From Balanoglossus misakiensis (lineage: Eukaryota; Animalia; Hemichordata), in contig CM082587.2 in assembly GCA_040954595.2 (NCBI GenBank), positions 4,234,093-4,298,092 of the forward strand: a stretch of 64,000 nt of DNA. Direction: 5' to 3'. Numbering within the stretch: the first letter of the stretch is position 1; every line of letters begins with the position of its first letter. Both the position numbers and the translations under genes were made by a program. This document shows, piece by piece, positions 13,293-24,945 of this stretch. The notes beneath the pieces are model-generated. The model had not been told where the DNA came from. It saw only the letters and a list, made by a program, of their open reading frames with translations, and searched no databases.

Positions 13293-16254
13293 CGACCCCC
13301 ATCGCAGGACGTACAACGCCGCTGTCTCAGATTCTGCACAAGACATGTACAGTACCTCGGACAATCCAGCTGTGATTATCACAAAATATGACTGAGAGAG
13401 AGAGAGAGTGAGAGAGAAAAAAAAATGTCAGTTTTATCTTACGGAAACCAGGGAATCTTAGGTAACTGTTTTATCTTTACACATGTATTTGTGAATAGTC
13501 AGGACCATTTTGAATACCGACAATTACCTCTATTCTGAGCTCTAGTAGTTATATCTTCTCACATTTTTTTTGTAACGATACCAGAAAAAGTCAAATCACT
13601 CAAATGCCAATAAAATGGCAAAAAAAAGATACAACCGCTTGAGCTAAGTTATTTATGCACCGTAAACATAGAAGCTCTCTTGTATAGGAACAATATATAG
13701 GGGCAACATCAATAGTACAGTGTCAGAGAAAAAAATCATCACGTCCTTCAGTTTAGGGTTAGGGCTTTTAAAGGCTATGACACCCTAAACCCTAATATGT
13801 TATCAGGAAAAAAAACACGATTTTATGATATATTAAAGGGGAAAATATTTGTTTGCCGTGCAAATTTATAGATTAGATTACAGAAGCTAAACTTAGAAAA
13901 GTTGTGAAATTCATGGCTGCCAAATGTTTGTGTTCAACAATTTTGAATGTTAGATGTTTATTTTTCAAATCAAGGTGGTGGACATCCTTCTTTTTCTTGT
14001 TGAGTTTTCAAAATGATTTGACACAAGTCTGTATTCTCCTACCATCACACCATCAAAATTCATGAGAATTTCATAGTGTAAAGAAAATCATTTTCACTCA
14101 GTTAAACTCAGGAGCAAGCTTATTTGTATCCATATATGTAAAAGTATACATACATGTTTCATATAGGACAGTCAGCCAAGAGGTCATTTGCATATTATTT
14201 GCATTTGACAAAGTCAACCATTACCATGCAAATTTGGCATCAAAACAGAGAGATATTTTCCACACATCACTTCAGGTTTATAGACTTTACATTCCTTCTT
14301 TTACACACAATGAATAACAGTTATGGGCGACATGTTGAAAATTATTTGCCAATATAAATATCTGCAATCTGTTCTTGAAATACATTTGGTATTGGGTTTG
14401 ATATCTATTCTTGTCATCTGTACGTGCACTTTTTACGCAACACAGCAGGTCAGAATGCACTTAAGATCTCCTCAGAAACCACTTGATGTCTTTGCGGCAC
14501 AGTGACCTTGAAATAGACACACTTCTTGATTGTTGTATGCAAATGAGCTCATGAGTGACTGACTGACTGGCCGAGGGGAATGCCCTTTTTCTCTCAGTCT
14601 GTGAAGTAGTCCCTTGTGGACAAACTTCTGCTTGAAATGTCCTAGAATTTTTAAATGATGTGGAGTGTGGGAACCTTGTACATGTACTGTGAAGAATTCG
14701 ACTTGTCTTTTGACATCGCAGTGTTTTTTGAATGTTTGCAAATAGCAGCCACATGCACACATACCCGCAGGAACACTCGCTGACTTCGTTGCTGGACAGC
14801 GGTCTTGGAGAAGGTTTTTTTTTTCACGGACAGATCACCTTGACGACAACACATTGTAGTGTCAGTTAATTTACGTGAGGCTGGTTGTCAGTTAAATGGC
14901 TGGCAAAATTTCATTTTCTCGATAGTGAGATGAACACTGATAGGATGCACTAACCAGAGCACAGAATTGTAGAACATGTATATCAAAGCTTTCCACATGG
15001 TATTAGAAATTGGGGAATCGTGTATTCTTGTGGGATATTGCACACAAGGTTTGGAGTAAATTGTCTTCATAAATGAATCATTGCATATTCACAGCAGCTG
15101 ATTGTTTGTGTCCTGTGTCGGTTTCAGGTACGATTTTTTTCGAGCATTTGGAGTTTAGGTAGTCTAATTTCATATTTCTTATCCATGTACTGAATTTGTA
15201 TTGGATTTGCGAGTCACGAAGTTTGAATACGGTTGCCTCTGATGTGTGACTTTGAATCAGGCCAGAAAGGGTTGGGTGATTGTTGGGTTGAGTTGGGGGG
15301 GGGGGGGGTGGCCTGGCTTTGTGAAATGTGCGAGCGTGTGTTTCTTTCCTGGCATGTAGTCCTCAGCAGCTTACAACATTGTGCTTTTTGTCATTGGTTT
15401 TTGGGCCGAGGGCATTTGTGGATGGTTGGGGAGCGTGTACAGTGCCTATAGTTGTGGCTGCTGGACTGACCGAAAATCAAGTATGATTTTTGAGAAATCA
15501 GTCAAAGGAACGCTTGCATGTGGGTCTCAGACAGAGAGCCCATCTGAGGAGCTGATAGAGTCACAGCCTTCCACCCCAGGTTCACTGTTCCTGGCTCAAT
15601 ATAAATATTGCAATGAACAGTGGCCGGGGTCAGGCCAAAGTTTGGCGTCTAAGGGGATAAGGTTATATCTGCAAGTTGCCAGTTGGAGCATGGTTTTAAC
15701 CAGTGTGTCCATGGTTACAGGCAACTGGCCAGCAATACTTGAGGCCAAGGGTGGTGGGTTTTATAGACTTTGAAACGCAACTTTCTACTGAATATTTCAA
15801 GCATCGAAAAAATTACGTACAGATTCAGAGTATATTTTTAGTTGTAGCAATCTATTGTAATGATACAAAATCTAAATAGTGTAAAAAAAATATTAAATTA
15901 TTGTGTTGTGACTTTGTTGATGTTTGTGTTTGATCAAGATCTGTAAAACAATCTTAAAACAATTTTAAGACTTTAGTTTCTGTCATTGTTTTGGTTTTCT
16001 TTTTTTCATTCAAAGTTCAAAGATTTATTAAATGTTCGGTCCGGCCGAAGGCTGTCTGGAAAATCCTGTGATTGTGTTTTTTTTTTACTTTTAGTTCCTG
16101 GAAGCTGTATGTACTGGTATACAAATATACATGTACATTCATACATACACCCACACACACACAGATATACACACATGCAACACAATGTATAGATACATAC
16201 CGTACATACTGATCCCAATCTCCCCTGATAGTGACCCCTCCGGAAAGAAAACTG

Positions 16255-16765
16255 ACAGTGGGCGTGGCCAGATATGAAATCAGAGACATGAGAGCGGTTG
16301 CACTAAGATACGTGACGACCGTTAGGTGGCGCCCTGACAAGAAAAAAACACCCATAACTCCCTACGCAATATAAATATTATAACACATGCGCAAAAAGAC
16401 TCCCGGATTCATACTACTATTAAGGGGGTGTCGTTGATACAGTTCCGATAAGACCGTACCATGAAATCTATGACACCACCAGCAGCAACAACAACAGCAG
16501 ATCATTAAACCTGGGGAAACAAAGTAGTTTGACCTCTTGTATATTGACCCCATCACCACGCCTCTAAATTTTTAGCGTTATCATCCTCGCGCAGATCTAC
16601 AGCCACTTCAAAAGTATTACTCACTTGCGTGCAAACTTATTTCTCTGGATCGTGGCCACCTTGGCGTCTTGGCAACCGTTGATCGGAAGCTTCAAATCAA
16701 CAGGTTGTCGTCTTCCAATCTTACGTCGACACGGTAAAAAGAACAGAAAAGTTCGTCTGCCTGAA
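16255..16765 (+). promoter_or_regulatory. Probable promoter and non-coding first exon of the FRRS1-like gene
   Basis: GC/KLF box GTGGGCGTGGCC near 16258, RFX-like GTTGCACTAAGATAC and GTCTTGGCAAC, and a strong donor GAA|GTAAGT at about 16765. Confidence 0.35.
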
Positions 16766-17427
16766 GTAAGTTATCTGGACTGTAACGTTTGACTGTTCCG
16801 TGTTTTTTGTGTGTGTTTTTTTGCTGATTAGAAATTTACTCTCAACCGGGTCAAATTGCCAACGTGTATAGTAGTTTCATATTGTTTTTAAAAATGTTTC
16901 CTGTTTTTTCATTTTATTTTTATTTTCTTTGTCAGAAGACTTACTCGACGAGTGTTGTTCACTTGTTCGTCCCGTGATTTGCAATATTTTCTGGCCAACA
17001 CTTCAACATAAATAACACGCGAGTAATACAACATAAATTATCACATATTGAGACATTGATGGAGAGCATCTACCACGCAAATATATCCAGAGTAACTAGG
17101 CGTTAGAGTGACTAAGCTTTTTCTTCATACCCGACAAAAGCGGAGACTTTGCATGCAAAGACCCAATGTTTGCAGTCATTGCTATAAATCTGGCTCCTCA
17201 AATATTTCATCATGCCAAAGGTTGAAACAACCGTGGTCGCGCTATCTTTTTTATGAGATAAATCACGGTCTGACCGTGGCTAAATAATTAATGCGGTAAA
17301 CTGTCGCCAGGTGACGGTCGCGGGCGAAACATAAACCCACTGGGCTATATATACTCCCGTGATATACACGGTTCCATTTGTATCTGTTCTATTCAAGGGT
17401 ATACTGACAACACGAAGCTGTTTCCTC

Positions 17428-20400
17428 ATGCGGCGGTCTCAGATGTGTGGTGGCTGGGGCAGCCACGCCGCTGCTGTTGTACTCCTTACTATTGCTGTCA
17501 TCTTTGAAACTAAGGTAAGGATTTAATCAATTATTAATTTCGCCATAAACACTACACTACACTACAACATAGCATAACACAGTACAATTTAATAAAGGCG
17601 ACGGATATGGGTCGGTCTGGTGTAGTCCACAGAAAACGGACAATTTAAGATATATTGCTTATAAGCCCTAATGTTTTAATTTGCCTATCTCGACGTCTGT
17701 ATTCTGGTTAAACAATCGCAAGAGTGAGATATTTAGCAACATACAAACTAAATTTAAACTCTATATACATTAAATGCATATCACGCTTTCTTTTAGGCCC
17801 AGTCGCTGGTGACCAGCGATGGTTGTGGTGAAGATAAAGGGTGTTTCCAAGATCCCGTCGGCTGCGAGACTTCGGCGTGTGACGTGCTGATCACCTGGGA
17901 AGCCAACGGGGCCGGGGACGCCACCAACTTCGGAATCTTGGGACACGTCGAAAGCGACGAGGATTATGTCGCTATGGGGTTCTCCTACAACCAGGCTATG
18001 GTTTGTATCCAGAAATAGTGGCTTTAAAAACTAAAGAACCACCATACACTTCTTTGAATCAGGCAGACAGAGTTGAAAACATGATTGCGTTCTCTCCCAT
18101 AGGATAACGCTGACGTGTGGGCGTGTCTCCGATTGGACACTTCTGATGTTGTACTCGACCATTCGCATAACTTCGGTTACACAAACCTACAGCTAAGCAC
18201 GGTAAGTTCACATATGAATAAGCGAGTAGAGTCACGGTGAAAAGGATCATACAATTTTTACAATCTGCATTGCACTAAAATCGACCTCTTCCCCGAATCT
18301 TGTTGAAGAACGGATCTGGAAACTTTGAGTCTTCCGTCAACGACGGTGCGATAGAATGTACATTTACACGCCTGAACAAGATGGAGGGAGAAGAGGCTAC
18401 GTTCTTCGACCTCTACGCCAGTGAATATTATTTATTGATACCAAGGGGTCCAAGACTTGACGTTGTTCCACGTGAGTAGAAAAATTGGTTTAGTCATATT
18501 CACAAACTTTCGTGTGGGCCCAAAATATGTATCACGATCGAATTTTTACCATCAAGTATTCAAAATGACCGACAAAAAGGAAAGGAAAATACGGAGGCAG
18601 CAATATGTCCCTCCTCCCTCTCCCTTCCCTCCCTCCGTATTTTTTTCTCTTTCACAAGGATACATTCTGTTTACAGCGAAATTGTCAAAGCACGTCAGGT
18701 CACCACTGGTCTCAGACAGCACCGTCAATTTTACCGATGTCCAAACATCCGGCGGCGGATCCTCGTCACCCGCCTATCACAAAACTCACGGTAAGCGAAG
18801 ATATTTAATAAGTAACTAATAAACTCATACTTGTGGCATGTTAATATTTGATGACCTAATTAATGGAACAGCGGGAGCTCGTTGGGATATCCTTCTATTC
18901 TGATTTGCGCTTTGCCTGCTTCTGTATCTAGGGTCCCTGATGTTATTTGGTTGGGTCGGCTGTGCCAGCGTCGCCATAGTGATGGCGCGTTATTTCAAGA
19001 CAGTGTGGCCGAACTCGTCACTTCTTGGGCAGAAAGTCTGGTTTACGGTGGGTATTGGCACACTGTCTTAATTTCCGAGTGTGTATAATTTTTTTCGGCA
19101 GACCAAAGAAATGGCAAGACCTATAGTACACTTACTAATTTAATGAACCCCGAACCCATGCAATAAAAGAGGAAAATACTGACGCAATTACATGACGCAT
19201 TTCCGTTCTCTTTTGCAGTTTCATCGCACCCTTATGATCATCAATTTATTGTGTTTCTGCGCAGCGTTTGTGATTATCTTTATCGGCGTTGGTGGCTGGG
19301 TCTTCTATGAAAGTACCAGTGACGTAAGCACTTCTCCCTTGTCACCTTCTTAATTTCTTTCTACCTTTATATTTGTTCAACACGGAGTTTAGAATATAAT
19401 TTTATACTACTGAACTGACGAGTCAGACAAAGTCAGACACATAAACTATGTTTTCTCGTCTCCCAGCTGCCGTTTGTCCATGCTACAATCGGGTGCATCG
19501 TTGTGGCATTGGGCATAACCAATCCAATAATGGCGTTTTTCAGACCACACCCGAAAACACCAAAGTAAGTTGACGCGTAGTAGTAGTAAACTATTCTAGC
19601 ATGCTGAAATACCCATTGATTTCGATCTAACTGCGCTGCTCACCGTTTGTTTCGTTGTGTGTCGACAGGCGACCCATCTTCAACTGGTGTCACTGGGCGG
19701 TTGGAACCTCAGCACACCTTTTGGCAGGTTCGTATCAACGCGCCAATAAGAAAGTCTCGGAGGCACCCCTTTTAAAACATCAAGTAGTCTAACAAACGCA
19801 GTTTGCTATGCATGATTGGTAGCATGCAGTGTTTGAAATATGTTTGAGAATTTTAGAGAAACCCTTATCGAATAACGTGGTCTGCCTGCCTGTACTCTGA
19901 TTCGAATTCTCATATGCATCCCTTCAAATTGGCAGTTGTGAACATTTTCCTCGGAATGGATATCTACGGCATGCCGTCCTACTCACTGTGGATATTCGCT
20001 GGCTGGCTATGTTTTCACTTCATCTTTGAAATTTTCATGGAAATACTGAATTGTGGACTTGTGAAATCGGGTAGGCTAATCGTTAATAATGTATTTCTAC
20101 TGTGGTTAATTGCCTATATGACGCTATGCATTCAAGCTTACATAACTATTTTAGGTCTCTTGTAATTACACATGTATTTTTTCGTTCACTGTAATATTTT
20201 ATGAACCTTTCAGAAGAGTACACGTCCTACAAAATCTACATGCGTATGACGAAAACATCATCGATAGGTAAGGAGGAATTTGGCGAAGTTGTAGTTGGAA
20301 GAGTGGGCTTTCCTGTTATTTCTTACATCTTGAACAGTCCTGATAGTTGATAGGAAAATAATCGAGCCTGCCATGTACCCTATAGGCCTAGCGGTGAAGC

Positions 20401-22205
20401 GGGTCGTCCATGCTGACTTTTAATTTTACGAATGATAAGTGAGAAAACTGACTGATTTCCATAATAATACGTTTAATGCATTTTCGTATTTTATATTTGT
20501 CAAGGAGAAATGAAGGGGACGGACAATGGCGACCCAGGCGGTAGGTCATAGTGTCACGTCACGTGGCATTTGTCCAACTGTTAATACTTGTTTTTAGTTA
20601 AAATTCGGATAAAATGGTGTTATTTGCAGTCTGGCGAGAGTCGCTTAAATATGACAGTGGTCGGTCCACAGGGACAATAAGTCTCTACAATACACTGCAT
20701 TATGATTCTTATAAACGCCTACCTGTGACATGAAGTTGACATTTAAAGGGGGGAGTGTCGCCTAAACTGCACATGCGTGTAAATTGTAGAAACTTAAATA
20801 TGCAATGAATATATAGAACGCATGACTTTGCACTTCATTGAAAAGAATGCTAAAACAAAATCTTAAGACTTCGCTCATGCTTTGCTGGACGTTTCGTCCT
20901 TCTCGAACTATTGCTTGCCTAATTTGCATTTGTTACTCTGGACGATGACGCACAATAATTGATTACAAAGAGACACTGTCAGTAATATACCAGCCAATAT
21001 ATTCAGCCTGTCTTTCCGTGTGTGGGAAGCCAGACGTAGCCACTGCATCATTCGCTGCATGCATCTATCCACACAGTAAAATCATACTGGTATACCAGAA
21101 GCGCTCCTTCTGTCTATAGGTAATTCTGACTGCTAAAACCATGAATGTTTCATGTAATTCAGCTACATACGAGTGTCTAATCAGCTACGTCAGATTCACC
21201 GCATGCGCATTCACTAACTTCATGTTTGGGTGTTCTCTGTGGACTCATGCATGTCATTAATACTTCAGAAAAATAGCAATAACGTATTGAGCTGGCAAAC
21301 TGTTTGATTTCACTAAAACATGCGCAAATTCACGGCATCGCCAAACGACAATCGTGGGAAACATTTTTTGCCCTCGCAACAGTTCTGTTGTTTTCATCTT
21401 TCACGTCTCATTCATTTTTTGGTTTCTGTTCCTGAAGACATCAAAATGACGGAAAGTAGAACTGATGGATGTGGAGGTATGTGTCACATGCCGTCATGGC
21501 CAGAGCAATAATCAAGATGGCGACGCGCAAAAATGTCAAAGACGGGCATGCATAGCAACAAGTTACGTGTGGGCTAGGGTTGCCGGGCGTTTTATGTGTG
21601 TCTCATGACAACATCGTCTTTGTGTGTGGTGGAGGGACTGTCATTCAACAAAGCGAATATAAATCGACATTCCAGCGCTGAAAATCGCACACAAATCAGA
21701 AAAAAAAACGAAAAAGAACCCCCGTGCCACACACAAACGAACAATAAATGCAAGTGGCACAGAAACTACGCAAAACCACAACTGCTTCATTTTCACAATG
21801 TCTGTTATTTTACAGAACCGCCAGACTGTTCAACAGAAGCACTGGATCGTGGAAGTTCGAGCTCTGCCCTAGTGAGTACAAGACTTTAATACTTGGGTTG
21901 AAATCCCACAAAACAAGCATTCTGCTCGATAGAGTCGAACAAAATATTTCAGTTTCCTTTATTGGGCACGTTGATTACTGGCTAGCATATACTGATCTTT
22001 TTTAATTTAGATGTGGGCAGAAGTTTGTGGTCCGTAATTTTAGACCACGCGAAGTTGACCAGTTTAATTTCCCAAAATACCCTCTTCTTTTGATATTTTT
22101 CTCTTTCTCCAGGAGGCCAAAGTTAAACTGACCGCACTGTGCACGTATCTGGTGGTGACAATTGGGATAATGACGTACCTCATAGTGGAAGTATGTCTGC
22201 AGTGA
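17428..22205 (+). CDS. Ferric-chelate reductase 1 (FRRS1/SDR2)-like protein: signal peptide, DOMON and cytochrome b561, no reeler domain
   Basis: In-frame exons 17428-17514, 17797-18000, 18103-18201, 18309-18471, 18677-18790, 18932-19047, 19219-19323, 19467-19564, 19669-19727, 19936-20070, 20214-20267, 20505-20540, 21438-21476, 21816-21871 and 22113-22205. DOMON: SDGCGEDKGCF...YVAMGFS..QAM..D...IECTFTR...KH. The four b561 His ligands are in KTHGSLM, WFTFHR, VHATIG and FNWCHW. FRPHP motif present; the last exon is a transmembrane helix. The small loop exons are less certain. Confidence 0.85.
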
Positions 22206-22397
22206 CCCGTGGTGGCGCTGTTCGCTACCATTGCGCATGTCTACGATGGCATGTTGCCTACCTTGAACTATTACTAAAAATACATGTACCTGTAAAATTT
22301 CATTTTATTAAGGATATTAAAAGATGTCAACATGAAATTCAGTTATCCTCTCATCGTTTTTCAACATCTTGTCCTTTAAAGAAATAGACTTTTTTAT

Positions 22398-24046
22398 TCA
22401 GAACCCCGGCAAAATTCTTCCCTTCTTTTTCATCTTCTTGATTTTCTTCTGTAATTTCTCCTGTTTTTTGGCCTTGATGTTCTTGTTCCTCTTGTCTTGT
22501 CGTTTCTGCACCAACTTCTCCGTCACCTCCTTCCTCTCACTCCACTGCTTTTTGCTCTTCGTCTTAATCTGCTCTTGGCGCTTGATGCTCTTTTTCAAAA
22601 GTTCGGGATCGTCTGTCTGCTTGATGCCCTCGGCTTTCTGAAGCGCCTTCTTCCACGCAAGTTTCTGCTCCTTCTGTTTGCCCTTCTCCGGCTCCTTGGT
22701 CTTCAGTTCGCTCAACTTCTCTTGCTTGGCCTCGGCCTTCTTCAAGAGCAACTCCAGTTTCCTCTTCCCGGTCTCTTTCATCTTCTTCCTCTTCTTTAGT
22801 TTGCTTTCGTCCGACTCCGAAAAATCAAATTTGCTGAAAACAATTTTCCCTTCGTTATTAACAACCGGTTTGGCCTCCGCCGGTTTGTGGATCTCGCGGC
22901 CGTTAACGTTTCCCAACTTGATAGCTGCATTTCGGGAGGCGTTTGTCATGATCTCCTTCTTCTTCTTTTTCATCTTTTTCTTCTCCATCCTCTTTTGTCG
23001 CTTGGTTTCCTGGTGATCCGCATCACCTTCGACTGCTTTCCTCTTACCTCTCATCTCTTGTAACTTGGTGCGCAATTTCTCCCGGAGCTCATCGATGGTA
23101 AGATTGGTCTGGATGTCTTCGACACTGATCGGTTCGATCCTCTCAGTTGGCCCTACACAAAGCAAGATACATACACAAACAAAAATCAGCGATGTTCTGC
23201 ATGCAAAAGCAAGGCTGGCTCCCATACCTACTCTACATTCTCAAATACACCTGCAAGCCCTGGAACTTGATATGAGGATGGCATCAACAGTGGGATATGC
23301 CCCCCTTTGCCATAATATTTGGGACGGGGAGATTCCACTCTGGCAAAGGGGAAATGTAACATCTCCAACATGTGAGTGACATCATTTAAAGGGACACTGG
23401 TCCCCACTTGACAAATTGCTAGGGGTGTTAACATGGCAACGTGGTGTGATAACCTCATATTGTACCTTGTGTCTTCTCATCCTCCTCATCATCCATTTCC
23501 TCATCATCTTCAGCTGCACTGCCCTCTACATCCTCTTCATCAACCTCCATCTCTTCTTTCTCTGCTTTTTCAATTTGCATGTCTGTCACACTTTTCTGTT
23601 TCGGATCAAGTCTCTGTCGTTTCTGTTTTCCTTTCTTGTTGACTTTCTCTTCTGGTTTTTCTGATTTTCCTTTTGAAAAAAAAGAGGTAAAATGTTTGTC
23701 ACCTCTGCATCGTTGCAAAACATTTACCCTTAAATTTGTCATTCAAATTCGCCCCACAGGTCATGTGCATATTTATATGTAGCGCTGTGGCTCCATTGCA
23801 AACCAGAACTAATATTAAACTGTTTTCATTGTATTATTCAATATCATCAGATCCTTTATGAAAAGTTATCTCTGACCAAATATACTCACCTTTCTTTTTG
23901 GGGTCATAAGTCTGTAGGCTGGCTTCCGGCTCAGCATCAAGATAGGTTTTCCCAGGAACTAAGTTCACCATACGTTTAAAATAAGAATTTTTGGCTTCTA
24001 GCCTAGTCCTTAACGAGTCAGTACTTTCTGACGATGATGAAGCCAT
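22398..24046 (-). CDS. SURF6: Surfeit locus protein 6 (nucleolar, Rrp14 family)
   Basis: Exons 24046-23890, 23669-23466 and 23152-22398 splice in frame. The Lys-rich protein has SURF6-domain motifs IVFSKFDF, WKKALQKAEGIKQTDDPELLKKSIKR..K.KSKKQW.ER...RQDKRNKNI and KKGRILPGF. Confidence 0.92.
23188..23390 (-). ncRNA. Candidate intronic snoRNA-like structured RNA in SURF6 intron 2
   Basis: Perfect 11-bp stem (23302-23312 with 23341-23351), further short stems, an ANANNA box (AUAUCA) and a 3' ACA on the host-gene strand. Folded by eye only. Confidence 0.3.
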
Positions 24047-24359
24047 TGTTTATGTAAAAGTTCGATATCAGTTGCGTCTGTGACAAGGTGAAATGGAGCG
24101 CGTTGCTTGAACTTTAGCAAAGCTGCAGTGTGGAGAGCTGATGCAGAGTTACACCACACATCGCTGTGTGAAAGATCCCCGTCGCGTCCAACACACCAAG
24201 CTCGTCTCCAAGTTAGAAATTTTCGAAAGTAGAGTACTGGGGTCAAACGACAGCTGATAATGAGGTATTCCTGACCGTTTCACCTCGAATTAAGACTATC
24301 TGGCGTAGATTTCCCAATGAAATCGACCACAGACAACACAGCAGTTTACCAAGACCATG

Positions 24360-24460
24360 TGTTGACCTTTGATGGAACTACTTCCGGTACACGGTACGCC
24401 GATAGATGGCGCCCTGTCGATGTCGGGCCGCATGGCAACCTGCATGGTAACCGGGTTCAT
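24360..24460 (-). promoter_or_regulatory. Probable SURF6 proximal promoter
   Basis: CpG-rich patch 300-400 bp upstream of the SURF6 ATG with an ETS site ACTTCCGG (24380-24387), CTCF/YY1-like CCGATAGATGGCGC (24399-24412) and tandem RFX-like CATGGCAAC/CATGGTAAC. Confidence 0.45.
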
Positions 24461-24945
24461 GCGAGTTTTGGGGTTTTTTTCCGGAATAAATCAGCTCTAT
24501 CGAGATTTCTAACTATTGTGTGTGTGTGTGAGTGAGTAAAAGCAAAGCCACCTTTTTATGGAGGGACCGAGGTACCGGTAAAAGCAAACACCTAATATTC
24601 ATGATCTCACCAAATAAAGGATATCTTTTTGAGCGCGCAAGGACCTGTTTCTGAGAAAAGTGACAGCCAGATAACCCTTGCTCTTTTATTAACAAAACAA
24701 TGAGGTCACGAAACACAATAACATTGCCAGGGTCAAAAATAATTGTCACTTGTATTTAACTTACTTGAGGAACGTCAACATTCATTGGCCGGATTCACCA
24801 GTTTTTGAAATCCTGAGACTGCATATGACATTTCATGAATTTCAACCAATGAAGTCCAGGTCTTTGGATGGACAGCTACTATATGGCAATCTTTTGAAAA
24901 GATTGCAATATATTTAAATATAAAATAACCATTTACTACAGCAAA

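Noticed and set aside
15381-15773. 130-aa ORF downstream of the nuclear receptor
   Set aside because: Non-ATG start, no domain similarity and no supporting splice structure; better explained as 3' UTR or intergenic DNA.
20380-20420. tRNA/SINE A-box-like TAGGCCTAGCGG
   Set aside because: No B box or cloverleaf follows. No tRNA or rRNA genes were recognised anywhere in the window.
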